DNA of 64,000 bases from Alkalispirochaeta sp. (GTDB taxonomy: Bacteria > Spirochaetota > Spirochaetia > DSM-27196 > Alkalispirochaetaceae): the NCBI GenBank assembly GCA_965601925.1, contig OZ271854.1, positions 4,608,001-4,672,000 on the forward strand, written 5' to 3'. This document shows, in pieces, positions 1-9,321 of the stretch (positions within the stretch are counted from its first letter, which is position 1; each line of letters opens with the position of its first letter). The position numbers and the translations under genes are program-made. The notes beneath the pieces were generated by a model. That model did not search any database and was not told where the DNA came from. It saw only the letters and a list, made by a program, of their open reading frames with translations.

Positions 1-1675
1 CCACGCCCTCCTCCTCGACGTCGAGGACTTCGGCACGATGGCGCGGCAGTGGACGGATTCATTCGACTCCTTTCGCGCCGCCCTGGCGCCGGTGATCGCC
101 TCTCCGATGCTCCGAAGGACGAGCCCCGACCTCGCGCGGCAACTCGACGGGCTCGAGCGCCTATGGGAGCGCGTGGAGGGCCGAGCGGAAGCAACCGAGG
201 CGGCACTCTCGGACGGGACGGCGCACGCCCGCTTGCGACTCGAGGAGGCGATGACGGACCAACACGTCGGGGGTCTCGTCCATACCCTCGGCGTCCACGC
301 CGGGCGCGGTGATCCGGACTACCAGCTGGCGGAGCTCGAGGGCGCCGTCGCCGCATTACTCCTCGCCGACGACTCCTTTGCCGAGATTCTCAACGATACG
401 TCGCTGATGGTGTTCGAGATCGTCGAAGAGGCGCGTATCGTTCAGCTGCGGGTAGCGGCGGCGGTTACGGTCGTCGTGACGATCATAACCCTCGCCGTCA
501 GTCTCGTCTTTGCGCACCGCATATCGGGCAGAGTCCGCCGTATCTCCTCCGGCGTAGAGGCGGTCGCTCAAAAGGACTTTCGAGTGGAGCTGAGGCAGGC
601 GGGGACGGACGAGATCGGGTCTCTTACGCGGGACATCAACACACTCATCGTGACGCTCCGCACCGTTCTCGGTGATGTTACCGCGTCGATCTCCGACGTC
701 CTGGACCGCAGCACGCGCATATCCTCGTCTACCGTACAGTCGTCCCGCGACCTGAGCGATGTCGGCGAGACGATCGAGGCGTTGACGGTACAATTCACCA
801 CCCTCGACGAGAGCATCCACCGCGTCGAGGAGGCGACCCGACGGATCGATGTTGAGGCGTCGGGCCTGATGCGACAGGTCGAGGAGCAGACCGGGGCCAT
901 CACGGAGTCGACCGCAGCGATCGAGGAGATGACCTCGTCGATACGAAGCGTCGAACGCATTGCGTCGGAGAGCCACGACCGCGCCGGGCGCCTGGGTAGG
1001 GACATCCTGCGGAGCGGGCAACAGATAGAGACGACCAACGAGTCGATAAAAACCGTCGTCTCGGGCTTTGAGGGCGTGTTGGAAGTTACGCGAATCATCG
1101 ACGAGATATCGAGCAGGACCAACCTCCTCTCGATGAACGCGGCGATCGAAAGCGCGCGGGCCGGCGAAGCGGGACGCGGATTCGGCGTCGTCGCCCAGGA
1201 GATCCGAGAGCTGGCCGAGTCCACGGCGAAGAATGCGCACCTCATCAAAGAGACTCTCTCCACGATGCAGACCCAAACCGAGCAGGCGCGGAGCGACGGG
1301 GAGACGAGTCTGGAGGCGTTTTCGACGATTCACGCCGAGGTCGTCGCCTTCATGGAGTCGATGGAGACGATTCGGAGTGCGACATCGGAGCTCTCGAACG
1401 GGAGCACCGAGCTCCTTCGCGCCGCGGCGGATCTCTCGGGAGCGCGGAGCACGATCGACGGGTCGGCGCGATCGATCGCCGGCGGTCAGACGGACATCCG
1501 GCGGTCGATGACCGAAATATCGGCGATCTCGACGCAGCTGCGCGACGCCGTCTCACACATGGCCGACGCCGCGCGGGAGGTTATCGAGCGGATGCGGAGC
1601 CTGGCGTGTCTCGATCGCGAGAGCGCAGCGGCGATGAAGAGCCTCGCGAGCAAGGTGTCGGAGTTTCACATTTAG
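1..1675 (+). CDS. Methyl-accepting chemotaxis protein (5' partial)
   Basis: Frame is open from the window start. TM helix followed by HAMP (DEIG) and MA signalling motif [34 protein letters not shown]. Confidence 0.95.
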   Translation, partial: HALLLDVEDFGTMARQWTDSFDSFRAALAPVIASPMLRRTSPDLARQLDGLERLWERVEGRAEATEAALSDGTAHARLRLEEAMTDQHVGGLVHTLGVHAGRGDPDYQLAELEGAVAALLLADDSFAEILNDTSLMVFEIVEEARIVQLRVAAAVTVVVTIITLAVSLVFAHRISGRVRRISSGVEAVAQKDFRVELRQAGTDEIGSLTRDINTLIVTLRTVLGDVTASISDVLDRSTRISSSTVQSSRDLSDVGETIEALTVQFTTLDESIHRVEEATRRIDVEASGLMRQVEEQTGAITESTAAIEEMTSSIRSVERIASESHDRAGRLGRDILRSGQQIETTNESIKTVVSGFEGVLEVTRIIDEISSRTNLLSMNAAIESARAGEAGRGFGVVAQEIRELAESTAKNAHLIKETLSTMQTQTEQARSDGETSLEAFSTIHAEVVAFMESMETIRSATSELSNGSTELLRAAADLSGARSTIDGSARSIAGGQTDIRRSMTEISAISTQLRDAVSHMADAAREVIERMRSLACLDRESAAAMKSLASKVSEFHI

Positions 1676-1689
1676 TCAGGGTGTCAAAG

Positions 1690-2766
1690 GTGGGTAGAAG
1701 CGTGACGTTGACCATCGTCGGAGAGACCAACGTACAGGAGAGGGAGCGCCCGGAGGAGGCGTTTTCCCTCGTCGGCGATCTCTTGAGTACATCTGACGTC
1801 CTCTTCGGCCATTTGGAAGGACTCTTCCACCCGCCGTCGTCCGATCCGGAGCGCCCCGACATCCCCTACAAGAGCGCCTGGCGCCACGCCGACCCGTCCC
1901 AAGTCGTCGCCTACAACGCGGCGGGCTTCGACGCGATGTGTGCGGCGAGCAACGTCGCCTACGGAGAGGCGGCGATTCGGACCACCCTCGCCGTACTCTC
2001 CGAGGCCGGTATCCCGGTGTGCGGCATCGGCCTCGACCGCGACGCGGCGCGGCGCGGCGTCGTCGTTGAGAAGGGCGGTATCCGGTTCGGCTATCTGAGC
2101 TACACGTCGGTCTTCTGGCCGTCGGATCACGCGGCGCGGGAGGGTGTGCCGGGAGTGGCGACGATCAAGGCGCACACCGCCTACCAACCGGGTCGTCGCG
2201 CCTTGGAGATGCCCGGCGCGCCGCCGGAGGTCGTGACCTTTCCCGATCGGGACGAGCTTGCGGAGATGGGCAGGGACGTCGAGACCCTTCGGAGTGCCGT
2301 GGACGTCCTGGTCGTCTCGTGCCACTGGGGAGTATCGAGCAGTCCCGTCGTCGTTTCGTACCAACAAGCGATCGGCCGCGCGGCGATCGACGCCGGTGCC
2401 GATATCGTCTTCGGCCACCACCCTCACGTTATCCAGCCGATCGAAGTGTGGAAGGGGCGCCCCATACTCTACAGCATGGGCAACTTCGCCTTTGACTGGC
2501 GGAAGATGCGCGGTCGCAACCTATTCGGCCTCGCCGCGCACATTCGCATCGTAGAGGGACGGGTCGAGGCGGTCTCGCTGACCGTGGCGCGGCGCAACGG
2601 AGACAATATGATCGAACCGATCGCGGCGACCGACACGGACGCGAGACCGGTACTGGAGCCTGTTATAGAGGAGGCGCGTACGCGCTTCGACACTGCGATA
2701 GAGGTAGCCGGCGACGGACTCGTCGTCGATCTTTCCACGAGTCGTCGGATCGACAAGGAGGTGTAA
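1690..2766 (+). CDS. CapA/PGA_cap family metallophosphoesterase, cytoplasmic, with divergent motifs
   Basis: HWG, GHHPH and YSMGNF motifs. GTG start at 1690 (1702 is an alternative). No signal peptide or TM. Confidence 0.8.
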   Translation: MGRSVTLTIVGETNVQERERPEEAFSLVGDLLSTSDVLFGHLEGLFHPPSSDPERPDIPYKSAWRHADPSQVVAYNAAGFDAMCAASNVAYGEAAIRTTLAVLSEAGIPVCGIGLDRDAARRGVVVEKGGIRFGYLSYTSVFWPSDHAAREGVPGVATIKAHTAYQPGRRALEMPGAPPEVVTFPDRDELAEMGRDVETLRSAVDVLVVSCHWGVSSSPVVVSYQQAIGRAAIDAGADIVFGHHPHVIQPIEVWKGRPILYSMGNFAFDWRKMRGRNLFGLAAHIRIVEGRVEAVSLTVARRNGDNMIEPIAATDTDARPVLEPVIEEARTRFDTAIEVAGDGLVVDLSTSRRIDKEV

Positions 2767-3920
2767 TGTCCGATCTATTGACCCACTGGGCCGTTATGGA
2801 CGACGCGCGTCGGTTGATGACCTACGTCACCGGCGTGGACGCCGCCTTTGCGCGCACATTGAACACCCACCATCGCGTCGCGCGCCTGGGAGCAATCGCC
2901 CGCACCGAGGGGCACTGGGTCCCACGGGCGCTCAAGTGGGTACGAGCGCACTGGGGAACCGGTCCGTCGGAAATGACGGAGCGAAAGTTGGCGTGCTGCG
3001 TCGCCGCCTTGACCCACACGGCGTGCGACGCTCTGATGAAGGAGCTGCGCTTTCAGACGGTGACCGCCGAGGAGGGACGGGAGCATTCCGACGAGGACGT
3101 CGCGCGGCAGGTGTACGCTTATCATGACGCCCACGTCTTTCGGGAGGTGTACCGCGGCGGAAAAGAGGAGCCGTTTAGCCCCTTTATGTTCGCCGACAAC
3201 GATACGGCGTCGGGCCGCCGTTTGGAGAAGCTCGCAAAGGTACTGTTTCAGGCGGCGATCCTCGGGACTCGCACCTTCGACATCGCCTCTGAGTCACTCG
3301 ACCGCCCCTTCTTAGAACAGTTCATCGGCCGCACCATCGTCAAGGTACGTCGCACGCCCGATGCCGTACGCCGCGTCGTCGGCTCTCACGGCCTCTGTCG
3401 ACGCGAGTTGTACGATTGGTTGCGCAGCCTCCGTAGCGAGCGCGACGATGCCGATCCGAAGACGTGGGAGGAGATCGCCCCGCGCCTCGTCGTCGATCTC
3501 ACCGACCCGCAGAGCCGTCTGGAGAACATCCTCATCAACGAGTTGCCCCTCTATGTCGATCACCGGCGCCTGGTGGAGGCGTACAACCGGCCCGATCCCG
3601 ATCGCGTGCGCCGCTACCGCATCGAGCCCGACTTTTACGACCCCGCCGATCCGGCGATCGCCGCCGCGCGGCGGATACAGGCGGGTGAGGAGGTCCGCGG
3701 CGCCGACGTCGACGCGGCGACCTCACGCGGCGCCAACCGGAGCTTCTACGGTCGAGCGTTGGAGCTGGCCATGGAGTACGAGCGGCGCGGCTCCGCCTTT
3801 TGGCGGGGCGAGACGGAGACCTTGGAGACTCCCAACTGGTCGTCCGACTCGGACAAGGCGCTGAACTTTCGACTTCGTCACGCATCGGAGGCGGAGTTGG
3901 CCGCCAATCGCACATTTTGA
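2766..3920 (+). CDS. Hypothetical protein, helical, possible Zn-dependent PLC/P1-like fold
   Basis: RBS AAGGAGG, TAATG overlap with the upstream stop, N-terminal THW and HTACD motifs, coding-like GC3. Confidence 0.75.
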   Translation: MSDLLTHWAVMDDARRLMTYVTGVDAAFARTLNTHHRVARLGAIARTEGHWVPRALKWVRAHWGTGPSEMTERKLACCVAALTHTACDALMKELRFQTVTAEEGREHSDEDVARQVYAYHDAHVFREVYRGGKEEPFSPFMFADNDTASGRRLEKLAKVLFQAAILGTRTFDIASESLDRPFLEQFIGRTIVKVRRTPDAVRRVVGSHGLCRRELYDWLRSLRSERDDADPKTWEEIAPRLVVDLTDPQSRLENILINELPLYVDHRRLVEAYNRPDPDRVRRYRIEPDFYDPADPAIAAARRIQAGEEVRGADVDAATSRGANRSFYGRALELAMEYERRGSAFWRGETETLETPNWSSDSDKALNFRLRHASEAELAANRTF

Positions 3921-3930
3921 ACGGAGAGCA

Positions 3931-4788
3931 GTGGTGAAACCATTCGTAACACTCATGACCGTCGCCGAGCACGCAAGCCTTCTTTCCCGCGCCGCGGGGT
4001 GTCTTCCACCGGATCTCGACGCTGCGTTATCGGAGCACGAGTTGCCCTATCTCCTCGGCGCCGTCGCGGCCGTCGACGCCGATATGGTGAAGTCGGGTCT
4101 CACGGACCTCAAAGAACACTGGAACAGCGACGGCGTCTATCCGCCCCGCCACCGTCAACATCCCGGTATTCTGGAGCGTGATCGGCGCCTCGCTTTCTGC
4201 GCCGGAGGGGTCGTGCAACTCAACGCGATGCGGCTCTTCCCCGATGTGAGCGACCGAGAGCGGCGTGACGTGGAGGCGCGAGTGTTGGACCGACTCGTCA
4301 TCGGAGCGGACCGATCGGCCTTGGAGGATTATCTCAGCCGGACCGGGGGGACCGACGCCCCGATAGTCGATGTAGCGTCGGATTACTTCTCGGCGCTCTT
4401 CATGCGCTCCCTTGCCGAGTCGCACACGATGATCCCCGATATGGTGGCGATCCAACCGTGGTTGGAAAAGACCGTCGCCGGCCCGGCGCTCTTGGAGCGT
4501 GAGATCAACGAGACGACGAGGCGGCTCTTCGGCTCCTCCGCCGACGCCGTCGCTTCGTCGCCGGCGGCCGACTTCGTCGCCCCGTCGGAGCCCGCGGTGC
4601 GTGTTGCCCTCGAGCTCCAGGACGGTCGCCGAGTCGACGCTGCGACGATCGAAGAGACACTCAAGACGACGGAGGCGGCCGATCTCTACGGACGCGCCCT
4701 CATCCGGTGCGCGCGGGCGTTGGACAAGATCGGCCGGTGGTGGACGGCACCGGACGAGCGCACAATCGAGATAGTGGAGGAGGATTAG
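3931..4788 (+). CDS. Hypothetical protein, paralogue of 2766..3920
   Basis: RBS GGAG. C-terminus aligns with the upstream ORF (F..P.(D/E)PA...A...Q.G..V..A.......YGRAL...........W). Confidence 0.75.
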   Translation: MVKPFVTLMTVAEHASLLSRAAGCLPPDLDAALSEHELPYLLGAVAAVDADMVKSGLTDLKEHWNSDGVYPPRHRQHPGILERDRRLAFCAGGVVQLNAMRLFPDVSDRERRDVEARVLDRLVIGADRSALEDYLSRTGGTDAPIVDVASDYFSALFMRSLAESHTMIPDMVAIQPWLEKTVAGPALLEREINETTRRLFGSSADAVASSPAADFVAPSEPAVRVALELQDGRRVDAATIEETLKTTEAADLYGRALIRCARALDKIGRWWTAPDERTIEIVEED

Positions 4789-4791
4789 ACG

Positions 4792-6231
4792 ATGCAAACC
4801 GTGCACTTCGAGTATGGTCAAGGAGTTATGCCCGCCGAGCTTCCCGACGACGCCCGGATCTTCGTTCCCGGCGAGACGGTACCCGACCCGCCCCCTCTCG
4901 CCGACCCGATTGCCGCGACGAAGGCGGCGATCCGCCGTCCGATCGGCATGCCGCCGATCTCCGAGCTCGTAAAGCGCGGCTCGACGGTGACGATCGCCTT
5001 TCCCGACCGGGTTAAGGGGGGCTTTCACGAGACGGCGCACCGCAAGGTCGCCATCCCGATCCTCATCGAGGAGTGCCTCCGGGCGGGGGTGCGCAAAGAC
5101 GACATCCGTCTCATCTGTGCGACGGGCCTCCACCGTAAGAACACCAAAGAGGAGTTGCGATCCCTCGTCGGCGACGCGGTGTTTGCCGAGTTTTGGCCGA
5201 CGAATCAGATTCTCAACCAAGACTCCGAGGACGCCGACGATCTCGTCGATCTGGGATACGACTCCGACGGCGATCGGGTCATTCTCAATAAGACGCTCTT
5301 CGAGTCGGACCTCCCGATTCTCCTCGGCCACGTCATGGGCAATCCCTACGGAGGCTACAGCGGGGGCTACAAGATGGCGTGCACCGGCATGGCCAACTGG
5401 CGCCTCATCCGCGACGTTCACAAGGCCGACGTGGTGCTCCACCACGACTTCGTACCGGTATCTGGACACAGTACCCAGCGGAAGAAGTTCAATACCGTGG
5501 GACACTTCATGGAAGAGAAAATGGGGAAACGGTTCTTCATGGTCGACGCGGTGCTGGATACCAAAAACCGTCAGATCGCCGTCTACGCCGGCTACGGTGA
5601 GGAGATGCAGCCCACATCGTGGGTCGAGGCGGACAAGCGGACCTACGTCCCGTGGGCACAGGAGAAGTTCGACATCGTGATGTTCGGCATGCCGCAGAAC
5701 TTTCACTACGGAAACGGCCACGGCACAAATCCGGTGCTCATGATCCAGGCGATCGGCGCCAACATCGTCCGTCACAAGCGCGTACTCAAGGACAACTGCG
5801 TCGTGATCTGCTCATCGATCTGCAACGGATACTTTCACGACGAGGAGTTTCCCTCGTTTCGCGAGGTCTACGATCTGCTGCAGCGCGACTACAACTATAC
5901 GATTCCCGACATCGATCGCTACGGAGAGTACATCGCGACGCGCCGCGAGTACGTCGACCGGTATCGCTTCAAGTACGCGTACCATCCGTACCACGCCTTC
6001 GTAAATCTGAACATGGGACACATCGCCCACGTGCATACGGCGGCGACCTACATCGTCGGTGCGTACGAGCCGGGATACGTGCGGGGTATCGGGATGAAGC
6101 CGGTGGCGACCTTTGCCGATGCGCTGCGCGATGCGGAGCGCTACACCGGTCCACGTCCGCGCATACTGGCGCTCCCACGCGCCTTCAAGGTGCCGTCGGT
6201 GCACCTCATGATGGCCGACGAGACGCCGTAG
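4792..6231 (+). CDS. LarA-like (DUF2088) lactate racemase domain protein, atypical subfamily
   Basis: PDRVKGG, ATGLHRK and GGYSGGYK motifs. RBS GGAGG. Confidence 0.85.
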   Translation: MQTVHFEYGQGVMPAELPDDARIFVPGETVPDPPPLADPIAATKAAIRRPIGMPPISELVKRGSTVTIAFPDRVKGGFHETAHRKVAIPILIEECLRAGVRKDDIRLICATGLHRKNTKEELRSLVGDAVFAEFWPTNQILNQDSEDADDLVDLGYDSDGDRVILNKTLFESDLPILLGHVMGNPYGGYSGGYKMACTGMANWRLIRDVHKADVVLHHDFVPVSGHSTQRKKFNTVGHFMEEKMGKRFFMVDAVLDTKNRQIAVYAGYGEEMQPTSWVEADKRTYVPWAQEKFDIVMFGMPQNFHYGNGHGTNPVLMIQAIGANIVRHKRVLKDNCVVICSSICNGYFHDEEFPSFREVYDLLQRDYNYTIPDIDRYGEYIATRREYVDRYRFKYAYHPYHAFVNLNMGHIAHVHTAATYIVGAYEPGYVRGIGMKPVATFADALRDAERYTGPRPRILALPRAFKVPSVHLMMADETP

Positions 6232-6361
6232 GGTCGCCCACCGCCGAATCGTCGCCCGCCGCCCGGCTCGGCGGATAGCTCACCGCAGGACGAGGAGTCG
6301 CGACGCGACGTACCGTAAGATGTTGAAGAGGAGTGTTCCGAGTTGGTAGAGGAGGAGACCA

Positions 6362-7627
6362 ATGCACGCGGTACAAAAAATACTGGCCCGAGGCGCCGGA
6401 GTATCGACGGTTCACGAAGGAGACATCGTAAACTGTGAGGTCGACTTTCTCGAGCTGAACGATCTCTACCTCCAAGTGGTGCGCTCCTTTCACGAGATGG
6501 GCGGCCGGTCGGTGTGGGACCCACGTAAAGTCTCGTTCGTCTTCGACCATTACTCGCCGGCGCCGACGGTCAGGGCGGCGCAAATTCACCACGAGATGCG
6601 CCGGTTCGCCGAGGAGCACGGTTTCGTGCACCACTTCGACATTCAATGCGGTGTTTGTCATCAGGTGATGCCCGAAGCGGGAATCGTGCGGCCAGGAATG
6701 ATACTCGTTGCAACCGACTCCCATACGACGACGCACGGGGCGTTCGGCGCCTTTGGAACCGGTATCGGAGCCACCGACGCGGCGACGGTGCTCATCTCAG
6801 GCGAGCTGTGGCTGCGCGTCCCCGAGGTGATCAAGATCGAACTCAGAGGCAGACCGCCCGCGGGCGTCTTTGCGAAAGACGTCATCCTACACGTGATCGG
6901 CGACCTCAAGGCGGACGCGGCGGTCTATCAGGCGATCGAGTTTGCCGGTGACTACGTCGACCGACTCGACGTCTCGGACCGGATGACGATCTGCAACATG
7001 GCGGTTGAAATGGGAGCGCAGACGTCGTACATGAGGCCGAACGAGGCGGTGCTCGAATACTTGGAAGAGCGTACCGGCGAGACGTTTACCCTCGACGAGA
7101 CCGACGACGACTTCGTCTACGCCGCGCAGCACATCTACGACGTGTCGCGACTCTCTCCCCAGCTCGCCTGTCCACATAACGTCGACAACGTGATGGAGGT
7201 AGAGCGTGTGGCGGACGTATCGGTTCAACAAGCCTTTATCGGGTCGTGTACCGGGGGACGCCTGGACGATATCGCGGAGGCGGCACATATCATGAACGGC
7301 GCGTCGGTGGCGCCGGGGACGCGCCTCGTCGTCGTTCCGGCGTCGCGGGAGGTTTACACGCGGGCGATCGAGGCGGGCTACGTTCAGACGCTCATGACCG
7401 CCGGTGCGACATTCAACGCTCCGGGGTGCGGCCCGTGCTTGGGGACGCATGCGGGCCTTCTCGCGTCGGGTGAGGTCTGCGTATCGTCGACCAATCGCAA
7501 CTTCCCCGGACGCATGGGGGCGAACGATGCGTCGATCTATTTGGCTTCACCGGCCCTCGTCGCCGCCTCGGCGGTACACGGTCGTCTTACGGACCCCCGC
7601 TCGTATTACGGAGGTAGCGAGCAATGA
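6362..7627 (+). CDS. leuC: 3-isopropylmalate dehydratase/homoaconitase-family large subunit
   Basis: DH, GVCHQ, DSHT, GSCTGG, GCGPC and STNRNFPGRMG motifs. The symbol is family-level only, because no other leu genes are present. Confidence 0.9.
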   Translation: MHAVQKILARGAGVSTVHEGDIVNCEVDFLELNDLYLQVVRSFHEMGGRSVWDPRKVSFVFDHYSPAPTVRAAQIHHEMRRFAEEHGFVHHFDIQCGVCHQVMPEAGIVRPGMILVATDSHTTTHGAFGAFGTGIGATDAATVLISGELWLRVPEVIKIELRGRPPAGVFAKDVILHVIGDLKADAAVYQAIEFAGDYVDRLDVSDRMTICNMAVEMGAQTSYMRPNEAVLEYLEERTGETFTLDETDDDFVYAAQHIYDVSRLSPQLACPHNVDNVMEVERVADVSVQQAFIGSCTGGRLDDIAEAAHIMNGASVAPGTRLVVVPASREVYTRAIEAGYVQTLMTAGATFNAPGCGPCLGTHAGLLASGEVCVSSTNRNFPGRMGANDASIYLASPALVAASAVHGRLTDPRSYYGGSEQ

Positions 7628-8133
7628 ATCGCACCATTACGGGAAAAGCGCACCTATTCGGGAAAAATATCAGCACAGACCAGATTTATCCCGGGCAGTA
7701 CCTCGATCTGGTTGAGCCCTGCGAGATCGCCGAGCATTGCATGGAAGGCGCCGATCCGGCGTTCGTAAAAAACGTCGACGCCGGAGACATCGTAGTGGCA
7801 GGTACTAACTTCGGCTGCGGGTCGAGCCGGGAGCACGCCGCTATCGCCTTAGTTGAGGCGGGCGTGGCGTGCGTCGTCGCCGAGTCCTTTGCACGCATCT
7901 TCTACCGCAACGCGATCAACTTGGCGCTTCCGGTGATCGTCTGCAAAGAGATCGGTGCCTTTGCCGCCGCAGGAGATATCCTTTCGGTCGACCCGTCGAC
8001 CGGTGCGATAGAGAACATAACCGCCGGTACCTCGACCCGAGGAGAACGTATCTCCGGCTACGCGTTAGAAATCATCCGCAAGGGCGGCATCAAGGCGATC
8101 TTCCGTGAGAAGACGCGCGCGATGTACGGGTAA
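7624..8133 (+). CDS. leuD: 3-isopropylmalate dehydratase/homoaconitase-family small subunit
   Basis: STDQIYP, NFGCGSSREHA and SFARIFYRNAINL motifs. ATGA overlap with the large subunit. Confidence 0.9.
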   Translation: MNRTITGKAHLFGKNISTDQIYPGQYLDLVEPCEIAEHCMEGADPAFVKNVDAGDIVVAGTNFGCGSSREHAAIALVEAGVACVVAESFARIFYRNAINLALPVIVCKEIGAFAAAGDILSVDPSTGAIENITAGTSTRGERISGYALEIIRKGGIKAIFREKTRAMYG

Positions 8134-8200
8134 CACGTATCGAAGTAGGGCGCGCAGATGCACGCCGTCTACGATGAACGGACGGCCCCCAAAGCGAACC

Positions 8201-9283
8201 CTAAAACGTTCTACCCTCCTCGGCGAGAAGCTTCTCGTTCCACTCCATACCGAGCCCCGGCCGATCGCTCATCATCACGTATCCGTCCTTGAACTCCGGC
8301 GGCTCAACCAGCTCGGTACGAAAGTTTCTGAGGTAGTTCTCGACGACCAGTCCGTGCTCTACCGCGGCGACGACGACGCACCCGAGAGAGCCCTGGCCGT
8401 GAGGCGCCATCTTGAGGTGGTGGGCGCCGGCGATCGCGGCGATACGCATCCACTCGCTGATGCCGCCGCAATTGTTGGGATCCGCCTGCACGACGGCGAC
8501 GCCGCCTCGGGCGATCAGATCGCGAAAGCCCCACCGCGTGTGTTCGTTCTCGCCGCTCGCGACCGGCATCGCCAGCGCGTCGGCGACCCTTGCCGACCCC
8601 TCGTAGTCGTCGGCGCGCACCGGCTCCTCAAACCAATACGGATCATACGCCTCGATCAGTCTCCCGAAGCGGATCGCCGTGGTCGCGTCCCACGCGTTGT
8701 TGGCGTCGACCATGAGCGCAATGTCGTCGCCGACGGCGCCTCTGACCGCCTTGACGCGCTCGGCATCCTCTTTGAGTGAAATGCCGGGCCAACCGACCTT
8801 CATCTTCACGGCGCGAAAGCCCTGGGAGACGTAGGTCGTCATCTCGTCACAGAGTTCGCGTATACCCTTGCCCTCCTCGTAGTAACCCCCGGCGGCGTAC
8901 GCCCACAAGCGCTCCTGCGCACCCCCGAGGAGTTTCCACGTCGGCTGGTTGCACACTTTGCCCTGGAGGTCCCACAGGGCGTTGTCGGCGGCGCTGATCG
9001 TCCCGATGAACTCACCTTTGGCGACCGGTTTGCGCGTGCCGCCCATGTAGAGCTTGTCCCACAGGTAGCTAATGCGGAGCGGATCCTCGCCGATTAGCTT
9101 CTTTCGGAGCGTCTCCAAATTGGTCTTGACCGAGGCGGCGCAGAGGGTCATTCCGGTGATACCCTCGTCGGTATGGATCTCAAGGCGGGCACGCTTCTTC
9201 TTCCTGGTCGTCTTGATCGCGTTCCAGAAGGGTTTTCTCAGCTCCATCTCAACGATGGTGAGTTTAACGGCGGTAATTTTCAC
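8201..9283 (-). CDS. Mandelate racemase/muconate lactonizing (enolase superfamily) enzyme
   Basis: KMK, DANNAW, FEEP, GENE and APH motifs. GTG start at 9283 after AGAAGGAG. Confidence 0.9.
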   Translation of the reverse strand: MKITAVKLTIVEMELRKPFWNAIKTTRKKKRARLEIHTDEGITGMTLCAASVKTNLETLRKKLIGEDPLRISYLWDKLYMGGTRKPVAKGEFIGTISAADNALWDLQGKVCNQPTWKLLGGAQERLWAYAAGGYYEEGKGIRELCDEMTTYVSQGFRAVKMKVGWPGISLKEDAERVKAVRGAVGDDIALMVDANNAWDATTAIRFGRLIEAYDPYWFEEPVRADDYEGSARVADALAMPVASGENEHTRWGFRDLIARGGVAVVQADPNNCGGISEWMRIAAIAGAHHLKMAPHGQGSLGCVVVAAVEHGLVVENYLRNFRTELVEPPEFKDGYVMMSDRPGLGMEWNEKLLAEEGRTF

Positions 9284-9321
9284 GTAGGTACTCCTTCTCG
9301 TAGTAGTCGATTCGTCGGTCG

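Noticed and set aside
4027..5775. 582-aa antisense ORF, and similar long ones such as 25887..27704 and 33604..35025
   Set aside because: These are shadow ORFs opposite well-supported genes, expected in high-GC DNA, and show no recognisable motifs.
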